Of a DNA stretch of 64,000 nt, positions 37,721-46,281 are shown piece by piece. Numbering within the stretch: the stretch's first letter is position 1; each line of letters starts with the position of its first letter. Made by a program: the position numbers and the translations under genes. The notes below the pieces were generated by a model, which did no database searches, was not told where the DNA came from, and worked only from the letters and a program-made list of their open reading frames with translations. The DNA comes from an uncultured Dehalococcoidales bacterium. Its GTDB lineage: Bacteria > Chloroflexota > Dehalococcoidia > Dehalococcoidales > CAYYQY01. The stretch is taken from the NCBI GenBank assembly GCA_964473905.1, contig CAYYQY010000003.1, forward strand, positions 20,546 through 84,545, in the 5' to 3' direction.

Positions 37721-38656
37721 ATGGTTGACGTTATTGAAGTAGGTGAAAACATATACATGATAGACGACCAGGTATGTTCGGTACCCCGGATGGGCAGCGT
37801 ATATCTGATAAATGAAGAAAAGAAAGCCCTGATTGATAGTGGCCCGCCGAGTTCGGCACCGGTGGTGCTGGCGGGGCTTGAGCAGCTAGGGGTAAGACCG
37901 GAAGATATAGATTATATAGTGGCTACGCACATTCACCTGGACCACGGGGGTGGCTGTGGGGTACTGAGTAAATATATGCCCGGGGCAAAAGTGGTGGTGC
38001 ATCACAAGGGGGCTTCGTATCTGGTGGAGCCTGGAGTCCTCGTAGAAAGTGCCGTTAAAGCGCTTGGTGCCGAGGTAATAGCCCAGCATGGTGAAGTAGT
38101 ACCCGTGGAGCCAGAGAAAATTCAGGCTGTTGGCGATGATGATACGATAACCCTTGGCGAGCAGCAGGTGCTGCATTTTATAGATGCTCCGGGACACGCC
38201 CCGCATGAATTGTGCATACACGAAAAGCGAAATAACGGCATGTTTGTCGGGGATGCCATGGGTCTTTATCTGGGTGACGGCAGCGTGCTACTGCAGTGCC
38301 ATCCGCCGCCGAGCTTCAACCCGGAAGTATGTATCAGCACCATTGAGAGGCTAATAAAGTTAGACAGCGCTACCATATATTTTGCCCATTTTGGCGCCTG
38401 TAACCGGGCACAGGAGACTTACCAGAGGGCTATAGAGCAGCTTCAGGGCTACATTGACGTACTGGCTAAAGCTGACGGGAATGATAGTCTTGATGCGGCT
38501 ATTGCGGAGATAGAGGGCGTCATTAAGGCGGAACTGGAACCGATAAAAGAGACACCGCAGCTATATGAGTTCGTGGATAAGACCATCGTAACGCCCTGCA
38601 TTACCGGTCTTGTGCATTATTATAAGCGAAGATTTAACGCCAAACTGACTGAGTGA
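37721..38656 (+). CDS. MBL-fold metallo-hydrolase
   Basis: 311 aa. THIHLDHGGG metal motif. Confidence 0.75.
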   Translation: MVDVIEVGENIYMIDDQVCSVPRMGSVYLINEEKKALIDSGPPSSAPVVLAGLEQLGVRPEDIDYIVATHIHLDHGGGCGVLSKYMPGAKVVVHHKGASYLVEPGVLVESAVKALGAEVIAQHGEVVPVEPEKIQAVGDDDTITLGEQQVLHFIDAPGHAPHELCIHEKRNNGMFVGDAMGLYLGDGSVLLQCHPPPSFNPEVCISTIERLIKLDSATIYFAHFGACNRAQETYQRAIEQLQGYIDVLAKADGNDSLDAAIAEIEGVIKAELEPIKETPQLYEFVDKTIVTPCITGLVHYYKRRFNAKLTE

Positions 38657-38663
38657 GGGAGAA

Positions 38664-39980
38664 GTGAAGGTAACAAAAGATAAAATAGAAAGTAGCCAGG
38701 TGTATTTAACTATTGAAGTAGAGCCCGCCGAGGTGGAAGAGTATATGGATGCCGCCTACCGGCAGATGGTAAAGAAAGTGAACATACCCGGTTTCCGTAA
38801 GGGCAAGGCATCCCGTGATGTGCTGGAACGTTATATCGGGAAAGAGAGCCTGCTTGAAGAGGCACTCAATAATTTAGTTCCAGAAACCTACGAAAAGGCG
38901 ATTGCGGAGCAGGAGATTGAGCCTATTTCCCAGCCGCAACTGGAAATAGCGAAGACCGAGCCTATGGTCTTGAAAGTGGTTATACCGGTTAAGCCAACGG
39001 TTGAGCTTGGCGAATATTCCGGTATTGACATTAAAGCGGAACCGGTGCAGGTAACCGAGGTAGAGGTTAATAATATAATAGAAGAACTGCGTCACCGCTC
39101 TGCTGACTGGGAACCGGTAGAAAGGCCAGTAGTCATTGGTGATATGTTAACGATAGATGTTGACAGCAGTATTGACGGTAGCTCTTTTATCAACCGGGAG
39201 GGTGTCCAGTATCAGGTGCGCAGTGGTTTCCCCTATCCGGCCCCCGGCTTTGCCGAGCAGTTGGTGGATATGACGATAGATGAAGAAAAGGAGTTTGCGC
39301 TTAGTTTTCCAGAAGATTTTATCCGAACTGAGCTGGCGGGGAAGACAGCGTCGTTTACGGTGAAGATTAAAGAGGTGAAGAAGGAGAACCTGCCTGAAAT
39401 AAACGATGATTTTGCCCGTCAGATTGACCCGGAATGGGAGAGCATGGAGCAACTGAGAAATCAGATTAATACCGACCTGCTGTCCAAGGCTGAGGATGAA
39501 GCCAGGAGAGATCATGAAGAGCGGGTGGTAACCGCAGTAACCGAGCTTTCCAAAATAGAGTACCCCCCGGTACTGGTGGAAGAAGGTATAAACCGGCTTA
39601 TAGATGAGCGGCTGAGGCAACTGCAGATGGCTGATAGGGGACTGGATGAGTATCTCAAGCAGGTTAATAAAACGGAGGAGGAAGTACGGGAGGAGCTAAG
39701 GCCAATGGCGGTAAAGCAGCTTACCGGCTCACTGGTACTGGAGCATGTGGCTGAAAAGGAAAACATTGAGGCATGTGAAGCTGAGATTGATACCGAGATT
39801 CAAACCTTGACAAGCACGATGGATGAGAGTAAAAAAGAGGACATGGGGAAATTCCTGAACATGGCTGAAACTCGAAATCAAATCAAGCAGATGCTTATAA
39901 CCAAGAACACGGTAAAACGACTGGTGGAAATAGCTGAAACAAACAGTGGCGGGGAAGAAAGCAGTGCCGAAAGTGATTGA
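38664..39980 (+). CDS. tig: Trigger factor
   Basis: 438 aa. N-terminal ribosome-binding region with GFRKGKA and an FKBP-like middle domain. GTG start. Confidence 0.9.
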   Translation: MKVTKDKIESSQVYLTIEVEPAEVEEYMDAAYRQMVKKVNIPGFRKGKASRDVLERYIGKESLLEEALNNLVPETYEKAIAEQEIEPISQPQLEIAKTEPMVLKVVIPVKPTVELGEYSGIDIKAEPVQVTEVEVNNIIEELRHRSADWEPVERPVVIGDMLTIDVDSSIDGSSFINREGVQYQVRSGFPYPAPGFAEQLVDMTIDEEKEFALSFPEDFIRTELAGKTASFTVKIKEVKKENLPEINDDFARQIDPEWESMEQLRNQINTDLLSKAEDEARRDHEERVVTAVTELSKIEYPPVLVEEGINRLIDERLRQLQMADRGLDEYLKQVNKTEEEVREELRPMAVKQLTGSLVLEHVAEKENIEACEAEIDTEIQTLTSTMDESKKEDMGKFLNMAETRNQIKQMLITKNTVKRLVEIAETNSGGEESSAESD

Positions 39981-40021
39981 TATAGGTTTATATAAGTTAT
40001 GGCAAGGAGGGCTGTATCCAA

Positions 40022-42055
40022 ATGGACGTAGTCAAGACCGTCTGTAATATGTGTGATGTTAGGTGCGGTATAGATGCCTATGTTGAGAACGGGCAGATAG
40101 TAAAAATTGATGGTATGCCGGAGCACCCGCATAACTCCCTCTGTGTTAAGGCATATGCTATTCCGGAGCTTGTTCATTCCAAAGACCGGTTGACCAGCCC
40201 CATGCTTAAGGTAAACGGAGAGTTCAAGGATATTACCTGGGACGAGGCGTTTACTGTTATCGCTGATAATTTGAACAGAGTTAAGGAGAAGTACGGGCCG
40301 CAGGCGCTCAATGTCCATGTTGGTAATGCCTATATCGGTACCCAGACAGAGAAAATAGTAAGGCGTTTTAGCGATCTTTTTGGCACGCCCAACTACTCTA
40401 CGGGTGGTTCGTACTGCTTTCTGGCCAGTACTCTGGGGCACATGATAACATGCGGGGCACACGTGCTCCCGGATTTTGAGGGTAATCCCAGGTGCATGGT
40501 TATGTGGGCTAGCAACCGTACTCAGAGCAGTCCTCCCTACGCCGAGGTGATTAGCCGCTGGGTAAGTGATAAAACCAAGTTAATAGTGATCGATCCCAGA
40601 ATTACCAAACGCGCTAAAGAGGCGGATATATATGCTCAAATCAGGCCGGGAACGGATTGTGCTCTGGCACTCGGTATGCTGAATGTTATTATCGCTGAAG
40701 AGCTTTATGATAAACAGTTTGTAGAGCAGTGGACTGTTGGCTTTGAACAGTTAGCTCAACATGTAAAGACATACTCGCCCGAGAAGGTTGAGACGATAAC
40801 GTGGGTACCGGCAGGCACTATCCGGGATATGGCCCGCCTGTACGCCACGAGTAAGCCGGCCTGCATCTCGCTGGGTATTCCCACCAATCACAGCACTAAC
40901 GGGGTTCAAACCGTCAGGGCTATTACCATACTGATGGCTATTACGGGTAACATTGATGTAGCCGGTGGCGATATTATTACACCATCACTGTGGCAGTCAA
41001 GCATCCGGGTTAAAGGCAGCATACCTGATTTAAGCACTTCGCTCGGTGCTGACTACCCTATATTCAGGAGATATGCGGTAGAGTCAACAGCTTCGCCTCT
41101 TACCGAGACAATACTCAGCGAAGTACCTTACCCGGTAAAAGCCTTGATTTTTGCTGGCTGTAACCCACTAATGACCATGCCGAATACTAACAAGGTAAGA
41201 CGTGCCTTTGAAAAGCTGGATTTCATGGCGGTTATAGACATATTTATGACGGATACGGCCAGGATGGCTGACCTGGTACTGCCTGGAACGAGCTTTGCGG
41301 AAAGGGAGGACTTAAGGCACTGGCGTGCGGATGGGCTAAGCCTGGTAGTGGCGACCAATAAGGTGGTGGAACCGCCTGGAAACTGCATGGAAGACTGGAA
41401 AATATGGGCGGCGCTGGCCGAAAAGATGGGTTATGGTGAGTATTTTCCCTGGAAGACGACCGTAGATCTGCTTGAATACCTGCTTAAACCGTCCGGTATT
41501 ACGCTGGAGCAGCTCAGGGCAAACCCGGGTGGTGTCTACTATGCCGGGAAAAAATATAAAAAATATCTGGAGGAAGGATTTGCTACACCGTCTAAAAAGG
41601 TAGAGCTGTATTCCGAACTGATGGAGCAGCACGGGTATGAACCACTACCATCATTTAAAGAGCCGGTGGAAAGTCCGGTAAGCCAGCCTGATTTAGCCGC
41701 GAGCTATCCTTTAATAATGATTACCGGTACCCGGACAGCGGGTTATCTCCACTCTGAGTACCGCAATTTGCCCAGCCTGCGTAGGCTTATGCCGGAGCCG
41801 ATAATTGAAATAAATACGGATACGGCGCATAATCTTAATATAACGGATGGAGACCGGGTTAAAGTTGAATCAAGAAGGGGAAGCGTTGAGTTAAAGGCCA
41901 GAGTGCATAATGATATACATCCTGAGGTGGTATCCATGCAGCACGGGTGGAGTGAGGCTAACGCTAATGTGTTGACCAATGATGAGGTCCGTGACCCGGT
42001 ATCGGGCTTCCCCGCGTTTAAGGGTGTTTTGTGCAGAGTGGTTAAGGTAGGCTAA
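40022..42055 (+). CDS. Cytoplasmic molybdopterin (Mo/W-bisPGD) oxidoreductase, stand-alone catalytic subunit, substrate unknown
   Basis: 677 aa. N-terminal [4Fe-4S] motif CNMCDVRC...(x24)...C (Cys8, Cys11, Cys15, Cys41). No twin-arginine signal. The candidate metal ligand is Cys132 in GGSYCFLAS. AGGAGG lies upstream. Confidence 0.85.
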   Translation: MDVVKTVCNMCDVRCGIDAYVENGQIVKIDGMPEHPHNSLCVKAYAIPELVHSKDRLTSPMLKVNGEFKDITWDEAFTVIADNLNRVKEKYGPQALNVHVGNAYIGTQTEKIVRRFSDLFGTPNYSTGGSYCFLASTLGHMITCGAHVLPDFEGNPRCMVMWASNRTQSSPPYAEVISRWVSDKTKLIVIDPRITKRAKEADIYAQIRPGTDCALALGMLNVIIAEELYDKQFVEQWTVGFEQLAQHVKTYSPEKVETITWVPAGTIRDMARLYATSKPACISLGIPTNHSTNGVQTVRAITILMAITGNIDVAGGDIITPSLWQSSIRVKGSIPDLSTSLGADYPIFRRYAVESTASPLTETILSEVPYPVKALIFAGCNPLMTMPNTNKVRRAFEKLDFMAVIDIFMTDTARMADLVLPGTSFAEREDLRHWRADGLSLVVATNKVVEPPGNCMEDWKIWAALAEKMGYGEYFPWKTTVDLLEYLLKPSGITLEQLRANPGGVYYAGKKYKKYLEEGFATPSKKVELYSELMEQHGYEPLPSFKEPVESPVSQPDLAASYPLIMITGTRTAGYLHSEYRNLPSLRRLMPEPIIEINTDTAHNLNITDGDRVKVESRRGSVELKARVHNDIHPEVVSMQHGWSEANANVLTNDEVRDPVSGFPAFKGVLCRVVKVG

Positions 42056-42120
42056 GGAGGGAATAATAACCCTGTTTAACGTGAAAAGGAAAGAGAAGTA
42101 ACAGGAGGGAGACGAGAGAA

Positions 42121-42729
42121 ATGGAAAATATACCGACGAATGTTATTCCAATGGTGATTGAAAGTAGTCCCAGGGGTGAACGGGCCTTCGATATATACTC
42201 GCTTCTGCTTAAAGACCGTATTGTAATGCTGGGTATGCCCATTAATGACCAGGTGGCCAATGTTATCGTAGCCCAGCTTCTATATCTGGAACGTGAAGAT
42301 CCGGATAAGGACATAAGCCTTTATATTCACTGCCCGGGTGGTGTTATAAGCGCCGGGCTGGCTATCTATGATACCATGCAGCTCATACGTCCCGATGTAT
42401 CCACCATATGTGTCGGGCTGGCTGCCAGCATGGGGACGGTGCTCCTCTGTGCCGGGGCCAAGGGTAAGCGCTACGCTTTGCCCAATGCCACCATCCACAT
42501 GCACCAGGCTTTCGGCGGTGCTCAGGGGCAAGCTTCTGATATAGAAATTGCTGCCCGCGAGATTATGCGTATGCAGGAGATAATCAGAAACACGCTGGCA
42601 AAACATACCGGTCAGCCGCTGGAAAAAATAACTCACGATACAGACCGGGATTTCTACCTGAATCCGGAGCAGGCGGTAGAGTACGGGATTGTGGATGAAA
42701 TCCTGACCAAGCCGGTAGATAGCAAGTAG
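42121..42729 (+). CDS. clpP: ATP-dependent Clp protease proteolytic subunit
   Basis: 202 aa. Catalytic Ser in GLAASMG, His in IHMHQAFGG, Asp in DTDRDFY. Confidence 0.95.
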   Translation: MENIPTNVIPMVIESSPRGERAFDIYSLLLKDRIVMLGMPINDQVANVIVAQLLYLEREDPDKDISLYIHCPGGVISAGLAIYDTMQLIRPDVSTICVGLAASMGTVLLCAGAKGKRYALPNATIHMHQAFGGAQGQASDIEIAAREIMRMQEIIRNTLAKHTGQPLEKITHDTDRDFYLNPEQAVEYGIVDEILTKPVDSK

Positions 42730-42771
42730 CCGAATATAGATATATAAAAATTAAATGCAGTAAGTTAGAGT

Positions 42772-42806
42772 GGAGGAAGGCAAGCAGGCCTTCCTCCGTG
42801 CTTTTA
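42772..42806 (+). terminator. Intrinsic terminator after clpP
   Basis: GGAGGAAGGC (42772-42781), loop AAGCAG, GCCTTCCTCC (42788-42797), followed by GTGCTTTTA. Confidence 0.6.
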
Positions 42807-42871
42807 GCTCAATCATGCACGGCAAGATGCGGGGTCAGGTATCAAGTAGGGGTCTATACAGCGTCGTTCCG

Positions 42872-43516
42872 CTAGAACTGTTTCTTTAGCTTGTTCCAGG
42901 TGGTGGCGATGTGAACCAGCGGGCTGGATCTTTTGCCATAGATTTTACCCTGTGCCAGGGATTTAAGAAAACTCAGCTTGTCTTCAAATTCGGGCATCTC
43001 AACATAGGCGTTACCTATCTCGCCAAGGGTATGGGCGTCGCTACCGGCACTGCCGGGGATATTATGCTTGCGGGCAAAAGCGAGAGACTTTTTCGAAGTG
43101 AAGTGGAGCGGGCTCCTGGCATTGAAGACTTCAACAACATCAATCTGGTCTGCTATCTGTGATAGGACTCTGCTGTTTAAACCGGCTCTGGTAACGCTGT
43201 CAAAAGGATGCGGCGTGCATACGAGAGCTCCCTGTTGCCGGATGCGGGCTAATGTTTCATCTACTGATAGACCACTGGGTATTGTCTCGTTAAGAAACAT
43301 ACCCATAATCTCGCCATGCGGCGTAAGAATTTCCTCCGCTACGATTACCGGGAAGGGGGCCATGCTTTTGGCTTTCAATGCCCCTTCAGCGGTACCGTGA
43401 TCGGCTATAGCAATACAGTTGATTCCGACCTCAAGGCAGCGCTCAATTATCTTCTCCAGCGGAGTACCACAGTCCATAGAGTAGGCAGAGTGTATATGCA
43501 AATCGGCTTTTAGCAA
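42872..43516 (-). CDS. PHP-domain metal-dependent phosphoesterase
   Basis: 214 aa. MLKADLHIHSAYSMDC and IADHGT motifs. Confidence 0.75.
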   Translation of the reverse strand: MLKADLHIHSAYSMDCGTPLEKIIERCLEVGINCIAIADHGTAEGALKAKSMAPFPVIVAEEILTPHGEIMGMFLNETIPSGLSVDETLARIRQQGALVCTPHPFDSVTRAGLNSRVLSQIADQIDVVEVFNARSPLHFTSKKSLAFARKHNIPGSAGSDAHTLGEIGNAYVEMPEFEDKLSFLKSLAQGKIYGKRSSPLVHIATTWNKLKKQF

Positions 43517-43524
43517 TTTATCAC

Positions 43525-44082
43525 TCAGCTTACCCTTTCCAGATAACTGCCGGTACGGGTGTCTACCTTTATAACGTTGCCGGTGTTAATAAACAATGGG
43601 ACCTGAATGGTGATACCGGTCTCCATTACGGCCGGTTTGTTGCCGCCGGTAGCGGTATCTCCTTTAAAACCGGAACCGGTCTCGGTAACCGTAAGCTCCA
43701 CGGTAATGGGAAACTCCACGCCAACGACCTCATCCTTATAGCTTGATACCTGTAAGACCATACCTTCTTTCAGATAGTTAAGGCCGTCTCCGAGCCTCTC
43801 TGCGTTCAAGGCTGTCTGTTCGAAGCTTTCCTGGTCCATGAAGTTATATATATCGCCATCATTATAGAGGTACTGCATGTCGCGTATATCAAGACGGGCG
43901 CGGGTAAATTTCTCGTTGGATTGGAAAGTCCGTTCAATAGTATGACCGGCATTTATATCGCGAAGCTTGATGCGGGTCAGAGCAGTCCGTTTCATTTTAA
44001 TATGCTGGTAGTCAAGGACCTGATAGAGTCCTCCTTCCAGTTCGATAATAATGCCTTTCCTTAAATCGCCACTGCTTATCAT
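43525..44082 (-). CDS. efp: Elongation factor P with a non-canonical beta3-beta4 loop
   Basis: 185 aa. Colinear with bacterial EF-P (C-terminal VPLFINTGNVIKVDTRTGSYLERV). The loop reads QHIKMKRTALTRIKLRD. Confidence 0.88.
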   Translation of the reverse strand: MISSGDLRKGIIIELEGGLYQVLDYQHIKMKRTALTRIKLRDINAGHTIERTFQSNEKFTRARLDIRDMQYLYNDGDIYNFMDQESFEQTALNAERLGDGLNYLKEGMVLQVSSYKDEVVGVEFPITVELTVTETGSGFKGDTATGGNKPAVMETGITIQVPLFINTGNVIKVDTRTGSYLERVS

Positions 44083-45164
44083 GTTGTCCTCCGGGCTTTT
44101 GATAGTACTTTTACGGCGCCATTTTCTATGGTTACGTCATCCTCTATCCTGACTCCTCCCCAACCGGGAAGATAGATACCGGGTTCAATGGTAAAAACCA
44201 TACCATTGGTAAGGCATTCGTCGGCACCCGGGCCCAACCGCGGGAATTCATGGCAGGCAAGACCTATACCGTGACCCAGGCTGTGGCCGAAGGCTTCGCC
44301 GTAGCCTGCCTGTTCAATGACCCTTCTTGACAGGCTGTCAGCCTCTTCGCCGGTAAGTCCCTCTTCTATTTTTATGATAGCTTCTTCTTGAGCACGGCGT
44401 ACAGTGTCATATACCATGGCATAGGTGTCATCGGCAGGGCTGATACAGAAAGTACGGCTGATATCGCTCGAATATCCTTCATATCTGGCACCCATATCTA
44501 TGATAACGGGTTCGCCTCCACCGATAGCGCGCGATGACGGCTGGGCGTGGGGCAGGGCGGCGTTGGGACCGGAAGCTACGATAACGTTAAAAGGCATGCT
44601 CTCGCTACCATTCTCTCGGAGAAACATCTCTATAGACCAGGCCAGTTCCTTTTCTGTCATACCGGCGTGAATTATATCTTCAATATATTCTGTAGCGCTG
44701 ACCGTTATTGCCACCGCTTTCTTGATGAGCTCAATTTCCCCGGCTTCCTTGATAGCCCGGAGTGATTCAACCATTCCTTCACGGGGGATAAATTCAAGTC
44801 CGGGTCTGGCCCTATTAAGTATATCAGTAAACTGGTGGTAGGTGGTAACGGTAAAGTATTCCGCTTCAAAGCCGAGCCTGTTGATGTTTAGCCCGGATAC
44901 AAGCCCGGGCAGCCAGCTATCGGGGCTCCCGGCTATTTTTATTATCTCGTAATCAGGAGCCTCTACCTTTACCTGTTCTATATAGCGGAAATCGGTAGCC
45001 AGAAATTTATCCTGAGGGGTAATCAGCAAAAAACCTGCCGAACCACTGAAGCCCGACAGATAATACCTGTTTTCGGGTTGAGATACCAGTAGGGCGTCTA
45101 TTTCCTGGTCTACCAGCTTACGGCGTAGTTTTTCAACACGACTGGCTGTCTGCAAGGTCGTCAT
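44079..45164 (-). CDS. Xaa-Pro aminopeptidase (M24B family)
   Basis: 361 aa. DMGARYEGYSSDISRT, HSLGHGIGLACHE and FTIEPGIY metal-ligand blocks. Confidence 0.88.
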   Translation of the reverse strand: MTTLQTASRVEKLRRKLVDQEIDALLVSQPENRYYLSGFSGSAGFLLITPQDKFLATDFRYIEQVKVEAPDYEIIKIAGSPDSWLPGLVSGLNINRLGFEAEYFTVTTYHQFTDILNRARPGLEFIPREGMVESLRAIKEAGEIELIKKAVAITVSATEYIEDIIHAGMTEKELAWSIEMFLRENGSESMPFNVIVASGPNAALPHAQPSSRAIGGGEPVIIDMGARYEGYSSDISRTFCISPADDTYAMVYDTVRRAQEEAIIKIEEGLTGEEADSLSRRVIEQAGYGEAFGHSLGHGIGLACHEFPRLGPGADECLTNGMVFTIEPGIYLPGWGGVRIEDDVTIENGAVKVLSKARRTT

Positions 45165-46086
45165 TCCTTTCCTGAGCCATGGGGTGAGCCGATAGATATA
45201 CTTTCCTGGCGCGGCTCTGGGTTACGTGCGTATAGATCTGGGTAGAAGTAAGATTCGTATGTCCCAGGAGCTCCTGGACTACCCTCAAATCGGCGCCGCC
45301 ATCCAGCAGGTGAGTAGCGAAGGTGTGGCGCAGCAGGTGAGGGTGAACCCACTTGTCTATGCAGGCACTTCTGGCATATTCGTTTAATAATTTCTGTACA
45401 CTTCTTTCGGTAAGGCGGTCTCCATAATAGTTTAAAAACAGTGCTTTCGTATTATTACTGCCCATTAGTTTAGGCCGTCCCTGGTTAAGATAGGTTTTAA
45501 GAGCTCTTGCCGCCGGCTTGCCCATCAGGACCACTCTTTCTTTGGCACCCTTCCCCCGGACACGTATTTCACGGGTATCAAAGTCAATCTGGCCAATATC
45601 GAGATGTATAAGCTCGCTTACTCTCAGCCCCGAAGCATATAAAAGTTCTATAAAGGCACGGTCGCGCTGGCCGAGTGGTGTGGTTAGGTCTGGGGCCAGC
45701 AGCAATTTATTCACCTCGGTAATGGTGAGGAACTCGGGCAGACGCTTATCCAGTTTAGGTGATGAAACATTTTCCATGGGGTTCACGGATAGCTTTTCTT
45801 CCCGTAAAAGGTAACGGAACAGGGAACGAATGGCCGAAAGCTTGCGGGCGATACTCACCCTGGCAATACCCTTCTCCATAAGCCAGGTAATGTATTCACG
45901 CACCAGAATCCGGTCTACCTTGTCTAGAGAATTGACATTTTTCAGTCTGAGGAACTGGAAAAATCCTGTCTCCGGGCCGCGGCAGTAGTTACCCAGCAAA
46001 TCGTTTTTATAGTTACGTACCGTATAAACGGAGGCGTTTCGTTCAGCCTCCAGATACTGGATATAGCTGTCAAATAGTCTCTTCAC
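45133..46086 (-). CDS. xerC: Tyrosine recombinase XerC/XerD family
   Basis: 317 aa. N-terminal SAM-like domain (YIQYLEAERNASVYTVRNY), catalytic LLRHTFATHLL and LGHTNLTSTQIYTHV. GTG start. Overlaps the aminopeptidase gene by 32 nt. Confidence 0.85.
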   Translation of the reverse strand: MKRLFDSYIQYLEAERNASVYTVRNYKNDLLGNYCRGPETGFFQFLRLKNVNSLDKVDRILVREYITWLMEKGIARVSIARKLSAIRSLFRYLLREEKLSVNPMENVSSPKLDKRLPEFLTITEVNKLLLAPDLTTPLGQRDRAFIELLYASGLRVSELIHLDIGQIDFDTREIRVRGKGAKERVVLMGKPAARALKTYLNQGRPKLMGSNNTKALFLNYYGDRLTERSVQKLLNEYARSACIDKWVHPHLLRHTFATHLLDGGADLRVVQELLGHTNLTSTQIYTHVTQSRARKVYLSAHPMAQERNDDLADSQSC

Positions 46087-46281
46087 CAGTCCCCCAGTTC
46101 AGCACTTATTACGAGCCATAGCTAACAACGAATACTTATTACAAAAATCCGGTGTTTAGCTTACCGGTACCTAAAATATTTACTCTTAATACTAGCCCAG
46201 GGAATACCTTTCTCTGCTCTCGATTAAGCGTCATACCGGTGCACCGGGAGACTGGAAGAAGCGTGACTATTTATTAATCTT

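Noticed and set aside
45133-46086. The tyrosine recombinase as the integrase of the adjacent 9-kb FAD/FeS block (mobile element call)
   Set aside because: It has the typical XerC/XerD N- and C-terminal motifs. It overlaps the housekeeping aminopeptidase-efp genes by 32 nt, and no flanking direct repeats were found at 46087-46281 versus 55277-55457. I kept this only as an alternative noted under the island finding.
46143-46167. A weak hairpin CCGGT-9 nt-ACCGG followed by a T-run on the minus strand, as a terminator of the FAD/FeS module
   Set aside because: The stem is only 5 bp and it lies about 115 nt from the stop codon, which is too weak to call.
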